This document shows positions 57,936 through 64,000 of a stretch of 64,000 nt of DNA, piece by piece. Location: the NCBI GenBank assembly GCA_963767005.1, contig CAVYCN010000014.1, positions 1 to 64,000 on the forward strand. Reading direction: 5' to 3'. A program made the position numbers and the translations under genes. Numbering within the stretch: the stretch's first letter is position 1; each line of letters opens with the position of its first letter. The stretch comes from an uncultured Actinomycetes bacterium. Its GTDB lineage: Bacteria > Actinomycetota > Thermoleophilia > UBA2241. The notes below the pieces were generated by a model. The model saw only the letters and a list, made by a program, of their open reading frames with translations, was not told where the DNA came from and did no database searches.

Positions 57936-59633
57936 GTGGCTGTGCCGTCGTACGAGCAGACGCCGCTCTACACCGCCTGGCGGGAGCGCTACGAGATCGT
58001 CGGCCGCATCGGCGCCGGCGGCTTCGCCGACGTCTACGAAGCGTTCGACCGCCAGGCCGGCGCCGAGGTGGCGCTCAAGGTGATCGACGAGCGCGGCGTG
58101 CCGCCCGGCCGCGTCGTGCGCGAGGTCGAGGCCGCCGAGGCGCTCGACCACCCCGCCATCGTCGCCCTGCTCGACTTCTTCTCGGACGGCCGGCGCAGCT
58201 TCCTGGTGTGGGAGCTCGTGCGCGGCCAGTCGCTCGCCGAGCTCGCCGGCGAGCTGCGCGACGACGAGGCGATGCTCGCCGCCGCGCAGCTCTGCGACGC
58301 GCTGGCCTACGCCCACGCGAGCGGCGTCGTGCACCGCGACGTCAAGCCCGAGAACGTGATGATCGACACGCACGGCCGGGTCAAGGTCATGGACTTCGGC
58401 ATCGCCCGCCTGGCCGGCGCCGACACGATGACGGCCGAGGGCGAGCTGCTCGGCACGGTGGCCTACATGTCGCCCGAGCAGGCCGCCGGGCGGCGCGTGG
58501 GGCCGGCGACCGACGTCTACTCGGCCGGCGTGCTGCTCTACGAGCTGCTCGCCGGCAGTAACCCCGTGCGCGGCGCGACCGCCGGCGAGACCGTCGGCAA
58601 CATCCTCGCCGGGCGTATCGCCCCGCTCGAGACCGCGCGCCCCGACCTGCCCGCCGAGCTCTGCGACGCCGTCGCGGCGGCCTGCAGCCTCGACGCCCGC
58701 GACCGCCCGGCGGCAGCCGACCTGGCGGCCTCGCTGCGCGGCCTCGCCGGCCGCCTCGCCGGTGGCCGCCGCCTGCGTCCCGCACGGCTGCTCGCGCCGC
58801 TGCGCCGGCTGCACGTGGTCGCCGAGCGCGGCCTGGGCGCCGGCCTCGCGGCCGGCGCGCTGGCCGCGCTGCTCGCGCGCCTGCCGGCCTACCCGGCCGG
58901 CTGGACGCTGCCGCTCGCGCTGGCCGTCGTCGTCCTGTGGATCGTGCTGCCCGGAGCCGGCCTCGCCCTGGCGCTCGGCGCCGCCGCGTTCCCGCTCTTC
59001 AACGTCTCGGCCGCCGCCGGCCTCGCCTACCTGCCGGTCGCCGTGGTCGTGGCGATCGGCTTTCGCCGGCGGCCGCTCTTCGCCGTCTGGCCGGCGCTCG
59101 CCCTGCTGCTCGCGCCGGTCGCCGGCACGCTGCTGGCCGGGTGCGCAGCGGCCGTCTTCGGCCGCCGCCGCGCGCCGTTCCTGGCCGCCTGGACGGGGTT
59201 CGTCGTGTACCTGGTGCTGAGCATCACGGCGCGCACGCGCGACGCCTTCGCCGGCTACCAGACGCCGGGCCTGGCGGCCCGGCGCCTGCTCACGGCCGGC
59301 GACCCCGTGACCGCGTTCGTCAGCGTCGCCCATCTCCTGACGAGTCGCGCCTGCCTGTTGCAGGCCGCCCTGTGGGCCGGCCTCGCCCTGGCGCTGGCGG
59401 CCGCCGCGCGCCCCGGCCGGCTCGAGGCGCGACTGTGGCCGTGGTCGCTCGCCTTCTGCATCTTCTACCTGGCCGCCCGCGTCGTGCCGGTGTCGCTCTG
59501 GGGTGCGTCCGCCGGCGCGCGCGAGCTGCTCCTGAACGTGATCGTGGCCGCCTTGGTGAGCGGCGCCGTGCTGGCGCTCGCGCCGGCCGCTGCACGCCCG
59601 CTCGAGCCGGCCGGCGAGCCGCTGTGGGAGTAG
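57936..59633 (+). CDS. Hanks-type Ser/Thr protein kinase with multi-TM C-terminus
   Basis: IGAGGFADVY, ALKVI, HRDVKPEN, DFGIA, YMSPEQ, TDVYS. Confidence 0.93.
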   Translation: MAVPSYEQTPLYTAWRERYEIVGRIGAGGFADVYEAFDRQAGAEVALKVIDERGVPPGRVVREVEAAEALDHPAIVALLDFFSDGRRSFLVWELVRGQSLAELAGELRDDEAMLAAAQLCDALAYAHASGVVHRDVKPENVMIDTHGRVKVMDFGIARLAGADTMTAEGELLGTVAYMSPEQAAGRRVGPATDVYSAGVLLYELLAGSNPVRGATAGETVGNILAGRIAPLETARPDLPAELCDAVAAACSLDARDRPAAADLAASLRGLAGRLAGGRRLRPARLLAPLRRLHVVAERGLGAGLAAGALAALLARLPAYPAGWTLPLALAVVVLWIVLPGAGLALALGAAAFPLFNVSAAAGLAYLPVAVVVAIGFRRRPLFAVWPALALLLAPVAGTLLAGCAAAVFGRRRAPFLAAWTGFVVYLVLSITARTRDAFAGYQTPGLAARRLLTAGDPVTAFVSVAHLLTSRACLLQAALWAGLALALAAAARPGRLEARLWPWSLAFCIFYLAARVVPVSLWGASAGARELLLNVIVAALVSGAVLALAPAAARPLEPAGEPLWE

Positions 59634-59814
59634 GCGCGCAGCGCAGCCACGCATGCCTGAGCGGCGACGACGAAGTCGACCGCCGGCACTAGGCGCGCAG
59701 CGCAGCCACGCATGCCTGAGCGGCGACGACGAAGTCGATCGCCGGCACTAGGCGCGCAGCGCAGCCACGCATGCCTGAGCGGCGACGACGAAGTCGATCG
59801 CCGGCACTAGGCGC
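59631..59814. repeat. 59-bp tandem repeat x3, REP/BIME-like
   Basis: TAGGCGCGCAGCGCAGCCACGCATGCCTGAGCGGCGACGACGAAGTCGA(C/T)CGCCGGCAC at 59631, 59690, 59749. Confidence 0.95.
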
Positions 59815-59973
59815 AGGAGTCGACGGTCGCGGTCCGCGGAGACGCCGCCGCTCGTGCCGGCGTGAGCACGGGACCCCAAGGCGAGCCCGTGTGGCGTGGC
59901 CGCTCCGGGGAGATGAACCTGTGGTAGGCTACTTCGTCGCAGATGAAGCCGGCCGTCCGGCAGGGAGCTTCCG

Positions 59974-60777
59974 GTGAACGTCCTCAAGTCGATCGAGAAG
60001 CACATGGAGAAGATGGTCGAAGGCCTCTTCGGCCGTGCCTTCAAGTCGAGCGTGCAACCGGTCGAGCTCGCCCACAAGCTCGCCAAGGAGATGAGCGACC
60101 ACAAGACGGTGGGCGTGTCGCGCATCTACGTGCCGAGCGAGTACGACGTCTACCTGTCGCCCAGCGACCACGAGCAGCTGAGCTCGTTCGAAGGACCGCT
60201 CGCCGAGGATCTCGCGAGCTACCTCGTGGCCTTCGCCAACCGCGAGGGCTGGACCCTCGTGGCCGCGCCCCGCATCGCCCTGCACGCCGACGACGACCTC
60301 GCCCTGGGCGAGTTCGGCATCGCCACGCAGATGGGGGCGCCGGCGCCGTCCGAGCGGGTCCTGCCGGTCGTGCCGTCGCCGGTCGGCACCGTCGCCAAGC
60401 CGCCGGCCGGCCTGTCGCAGACCATCGTCTTCCAGCCGCCCGCGGCCGCCGCGGCGGCCGCGGACGCCGTCGCGACCGAGGCGCCGCCGCGACTGTGCGG
60501 GGTGCTCGTCGCCGGCGAGCGCGCGTACCGCCTCGACGCGCCTGCCACCGTGCTGGGCCGCAGCCGGCAGTGCGACGTCGTCTTGAACGATCCGAACGTG
60601 TCGCGGCGCCACGCCGAGGTGCGCCGCGAGGGCGACGACGGCTGGGTGCTCGTCGACCTGGGCTCCACCAACGGCGTCCTCGTGAACGGGCAGGAGGTGA
60701 AACGCGCCGCGCTCGCCGACGGCGACCGGCTGCAGCTCGGGACCACCGGCCTGCGCTTCGAGACGAGACCGTGCTAG
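59974..60777 (+). CDS. fhaA: FhaA (DUF3662 + FHA)
   Basis: VQPVELAHKL, LGR, VSRRHA, GSTNG. Confidence 0.92.
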   Translation: MNVLKSIEKHMEKMVEGLFGRAFKSSVQPVELAHKLAKEMSDHKTVGVSRIYVPSEYDVYLSPSDHEQLSSFEGPLAEDLASYLVAFANREGWTLVAAPRIALHADDDLALGEFGIATQMGAPAPSERVLPVVPSPVGTVAKPPAGLSQTIVFQPPAAAAAAADAVATEAPPRLCGVLVAGERAYRLDAPATVLGRSRQCDVVLNDPNVSRRHAEVRREGDDGWVLVDLGSTNGVLVNGQEVKRAALADGDRLQLGTTGLRFETRPC

Positions 60778-61361
60778 ACACCGTCCTCTTCGTCCTCAAG
60801 ATCGCCTTCCTCGTCCTGCTGTTCCTGTTCGTGCTCTTCGTCGTGCGCCGCACCGTGCGCGACGTGCGCGCCGGCAGCGCGCCGCAGGCGGCGCCGCCGG
60901 CGCGGCGCCCGCCCGAGGCGGTCGCGCCGCCGGTCGAGGCGCCCGCGGCCGACCTCGCGGCTGCCGCACCGAGCGTGCCCGAGCCGACGCCGGCCGAGCG
61001 CCGCCGCCGCCGCGAGCGGCGCGAGGCCGAACGCACCATGCCGGGCGAATCGCTCGACCTCATGGCCCATATCGAGCCGCGCCTCGTCGTCGAGGCGAGC
61101 CCCGTGCTCGAGACCGGCACCGCGATCAAGCTCGAGGGCTGGATCATGATCGGCCGCTCGCCGGCCAGCGACCTCGTCCTCGACGACCCCTACGTGTCGC
61201 AGACGCACGCACGCGTCGTGCCGCGCGGGCAGCTCCACTTCGTCGAAGACCTGGGCAGCACCAACGGCACTTTCGTGAACGGGCGTGAGGTGGTCGAGGC
61301 GCAACTCCTCCTCGACACCGAGCTGCGCATCGGCGAGACGGTCTTCCGCTACGAGGAGTGA
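60771..61361 (+). CDS. fhaB: FhaB-like TM-FHA protein
   Basis: N-terminal TM; IGR, VSQTHA, DLGSTNGT. Confidence 0.88.
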   Translation: MLDTVLFVLKIAFLVLLFLFVLFVVRRTVRDVRAGSAPQAAPPARRPPEAVAPPVEAPAADLAAAAPSVPEPTPAERRRRRERREAERTMPGESLDLMAHIEPRLVVEASPVLETGTAIKLEGWIMIGRSPASDLVLDDPYVSQTHARVVPRGQLHFVEDLGSTNGTFVNGREVVEAQLLLDTELRIGETVFRYEE

Positions 61362-61368
61362 CGGGCCC

Positions 61369-62727
61369 GTGAGCCTCGTCGCCCGCCACGCCGCGCTGAC
61401 CGACATCGGTCTGCACAGGACGACCAACGAAGACTCGTTCGTCGCCGAGCCCCCGCTGTTCGCCGTCGCCGACGGCATGGGCGGGGCGCAGGCCGGCGAG
61501 GTCGCGTCGGCCCTCGCCCTCGAGACGCTCGCCGAGGCCCTGGCCGGGCAGGCCGACCTGCCCGCCGCCGCCGGCAGCGCCAACGGCCGCGTCTGGCGCG
61601 CGGCGCGCTCCGACCGGGCGCGCAGCGGCATGGGCACCACCCTGACGGCCGTGCTGCTGCGCGGCGACCGCCTCGAATACGCCCATGTCGGCGACAGCCG
61701 TCTCTACCTGTGGCGCGACGGGCGCCTGCAGCAGGTCACCGACGACCACTCGCTGGTCGGCGAGATGGTGCGCGAGGGTCACCTGAGCCGCGAGGCGGCC
61801 CAGACCCACCCGCAGCGCAGCATCCTGAGCCGCGCCCTGGGCACCGAGCCCGACGTCGAGATCGACACCGGCGAGCTCCCCCTGCGGGCCGGCGACGCCG
61901 TGCTGCTCTGCAGCGACGGACTCTCGTCGATGGTGACCGACGACACGATTGCGGGCGTGCTCGCGGCGCTCGACGAGCCCGCCAGGGTGGCGCGCCGTCT
62001 GGTGAGCGAGGCCAAGAGCGGCGGCGGCCACGACAACATCACGGTCGTGGTGCTGCGCTTCGAGCGCGCGGACGGCGCCGACGGCGACGACGACGAGGAC
62101 ACCCTTGTGCCGGGCGGGGCGGCGGCTGTAGCCGCCGCCCCGCCCGGCACCCCGCCCACGCAGCTCTCGTTCGACGCCGCCGATGGGCAGGCCGCACCGC
62201 CCGATGGGCAGGCGGCACCAGTCGGCGGGGCCGTGACGCCCGCCGACGGCCAAGCGGCCCCTGCCGGGGCACCGGCCGACGAGGCCGCGGCTTCCGGTGA
62301 GGCACCAGTCGGCGGGGCCGTGACGCCCGCCGACGGCCAGGCAGCCCCCGGCGAGGGACCGGCCCCCGAGGCGGCCGGCGCCGGCGCAGCCGCGGCGCCC
62401 GATGCGCAGCCCGCCGCCGCGCCGCGCCGCCGGCGGCGCCGGCGGCTCTGGCTCGCCGTCGTCCTGGTCGTGGTGCTCGCCGCGTGCCTCGGCGGCGGCG
62501 CGACCCTGGGCAGCCTGTACTTCGTCGGCGATCACGACGGCAACGTCACGGTGTTCCACGGCGTGCCGGTGACGGTCGCCGGCCTGAAGCTCTACGACCC
62601 GTACCTCGAGACGACCACGCCGCTCGCGGCCGTGCGGCCGGCCGTGCTGGCCCGCGTCGAGCGTCACGACCTGCACCGCAAGGCGGCGGCCCTGGCCCTC
62701 GCCCGCGAGGCGCAAGGCCAGCCGTGA
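61369..62727 (+). CDS. pstP: PP2C Ser/Thr phosphatase with C-terminal TM
   Basis: NED, VADGMGG, MGTT, VGDSR, CSDGL, GGHDNIT. Confidence 0.93.
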   Translation: MSLVARHAALTDIGLHRTTNEDSFVAEPPLFAVADGMGGAQAGEVASALALETLAEALAGQADLPAAAGSANGRVWRAARSDRARSGMGTTLTAVLLRGDRLEYAHVGDSRLYLWRDGRLQQVTDDHSLVGEMVREGHLSREAAQTHPQRSILSRALGTEPDVEIDTGELPLRAGDAVLLCSDGLSSMVTDDTIAGVLAALDEPARVARRLVSEAKSGGGHDNITVVVLRFERADGADGDDDEDTLVPGGAAAVAAAPPGTPPTQLSFDAADGQAAPPDGQAAPVGGAVTPADGQAAPAGAPADEAAASGEAPVGGAVTPADGQAAPGEGPAPEAAGAGAAAAPDAQPAAAPRRRRRRRLWLAVVLVVVLAACLGGGATLGSLYFVGDHDGNVTVFHGVPVTVAGLKLYDPYLETTTPLAAVRPAVLARVERHDLHRKAAALALAREAQGQP

Positions 62728-62770
62728 GCCGGCTCGCCGCCGACCCCGTGCGCCGCCGGCGTCGGCTGCC

Positions 62771-64000
62771 GTGAGCCGCCGCAACGTCGAGCTCCTCCTG
62801 CTCGTGCTGGTCGGTGTGACGGCGACGGTCGCCTACGCCTCGGTGTACGCGGCCCGCTTCCACGAGCTCAGCCGTGATTCGGTCACGACCGGCGCCCTGT
62901 TCGTCGTGCTGTTCCTCGTCGTCCACCTGGCCGAGCGCCGCTACCTGGCCCAGGCCGACCCGTATCTCGTGCCGATCGCCGCGCTGCTCAGCGCGATCGG
63001 CCTGACCGAGATCTACCGCATCTCGCCGGCCCTCGCCTGGAAGCAGGGCGAGTGGCTGCTGATCGGCGTCGTGCTGTTCGTGGCCACGGTGATCGTGGTG
63101 CGCGACGTGCACCGGCTCGACAGCTACCGCTACCTCATCGGCCTGCTCGGCCTGCTCCTGCTCGCCGTGACGGCGGTGCTCGGCACCAACGTCAACGGCG
63201 CCCGCCTCTGGATCCGCGTGGCCGGCTTCTCGATCCAGCCGTCCGAGTTCGCCAAGATCGCCATCGTCGTGTTCCTGGCCGGCTATCTCGACCAGAACAA
63301 GGAGATGCTGTCGGTGCCGACGTCGCGCCTGCTCGGCCTGCCGGTGCCGCCCCTCAAGTACTTCGGACCGCTGCTCGTCATGTGGGTGCTGTCGCTGCTC
63401 ATGCTGGTCTTCATGAAGGACTTCGGCATGTCGCTGCTGTTCCTGGCCACCTTCATCGCCATGCTCTACCTGGCGACCACCCGGCTCGCCTACGTGGTCG
63501 CCGGCGCCGCCCTGTTCGCGGTGGGCGCGGGCGGCGCTTACCAGTACGTGGCCCACGTCCACGAGCGCTTCGCCATCTGGCTCGACCCCTGGCGGACGGC
63601 CACGACGAGCGGCTACCAGCTCCTGCAGTCGCTGTTCGCGATGGCCGACGGCGGCATCGTCGGCGCGGGCTTCGGTCGCGGTTACCTGCTCTACGCCAAT
63701 CACGTGCCGACGGTGCCCGAGCTGCCCACCGACTTCATCTTCAGCGCGATCGCCAACGAGCTCGGGGTCACCGGCGCGATCGGCGTCATCCTGCTCTACC
63801 TGCTCTTCGCCTGGCGCGGCTTTCACGTGGCCCTGCGCGCCGGCGACGGCTTCTCCAAGCTGCTCGCGGCCGGCCTCGCCATCGTGTTCGGCCTGCAGAG
63901 CTTCATCATCATCGGCGGCGTCACGCGTCTGATCCCGCTGACGGGCATCACGCTGCCCTTCGTGAGCTACGGCGGCAGTTCGCTCACCGCCAACCTCATC
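62771..64000 (+). CDS. rodA: FtsW/RodA/SpoVE family protein, truncated by window end
   Basis: VSRRNVELLLL start; GARLWI, QPSEFAK, TDFIFSAI, PLTGITLPFVSYGGSS. Confidence 0.93.
   Translation, partial: MSRRNVELLLLVLVGVTATVAYASVYAARFHELSRDSVTTGALFVVLFLVVHLAERRYLAQADPYLVPIAALLSAIGLTEIYRISPALAWKQGEWLLIGVVLFVATVIVVRDVHRLDSYRYLIGLLGLLLLAVTAVLGTNVNGARLWIRVAGFSIQPSEFAKIAIVVFLAGYLDQNKEMLSVPTSRLLGLPVPPLKYFGPLLVMWVLSLLMLVFMKDFGMSLLFLATFIAMLYLATTRLAYVVAGAALFAVGAGGAYQYVAHVHERFAIWLDPWRTATTSGYQLLQSLFAMADGGIVGAGFGRGYLLYANHVPTVPELPTDFIFSAIANELGVTGAIGVILLYLLFAWRGFHVALRAGDGFSKLLAAGLAIVFGLQSFIIIGGVTRLIPLTGITLPFVSYGGSSLTANLI

Noticed and set aside
59631-59814. CRISPR array
   Set aside because: Units are contiguous and near-identical with no unique spacers; no cas genes in the window.

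Overview
Very GC-rich, gene-dense bacterial DNA. Gene content (tRNA-Leu next to an fhaA-fhaB-pstP-rodA cluster, L,D-transpeptidase, DtxR-family regulator, DUF2252/DUF1269 block) points to an actinobacterium, plausibly Thermoleophilia-like (inference). Left to right: end of a polysaccharide locus (GT2 fragment, large membrane protein carrying a C2H2-like zinc finger, Wzx flippase, GT14, convergent GH16); a hairpin-rich ~210-nt leader before an XRE regulator; secreted proteins; serS; mntR-mntH with two operator palindromes; lgt; L,D-transpeptidase; sixA; a ~15-kb block of mostly uncharacterised membrane genes; MoxR-DUF58-DUF4129; ECF sigma/anti-sigma/BNR protein; htrA; a MarR-ABC-MFS-MBL operon; a BldC-like-HTH/GAF/HD-GYP/GGDEF protein; pheA; tRNA-Leu(CAG); a Ser/Thr kinase; a 59-bp REP-like array; fhaA-fhaB-pstP-rodA. 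I found no CRISPR array, integrase, transposase, phage or rRNA. Three genes have single-base frameshifts that may be assembly errors. Best leads: the structured leader at ~6.8-7.0 kb, the HTH-fused c-di-GMP enzyme, the REP-like element with a compensatory change, the DUF-rich membrane block and the zinc-finger membrane protein. All family names come from motif recognition by eye, not database searches.
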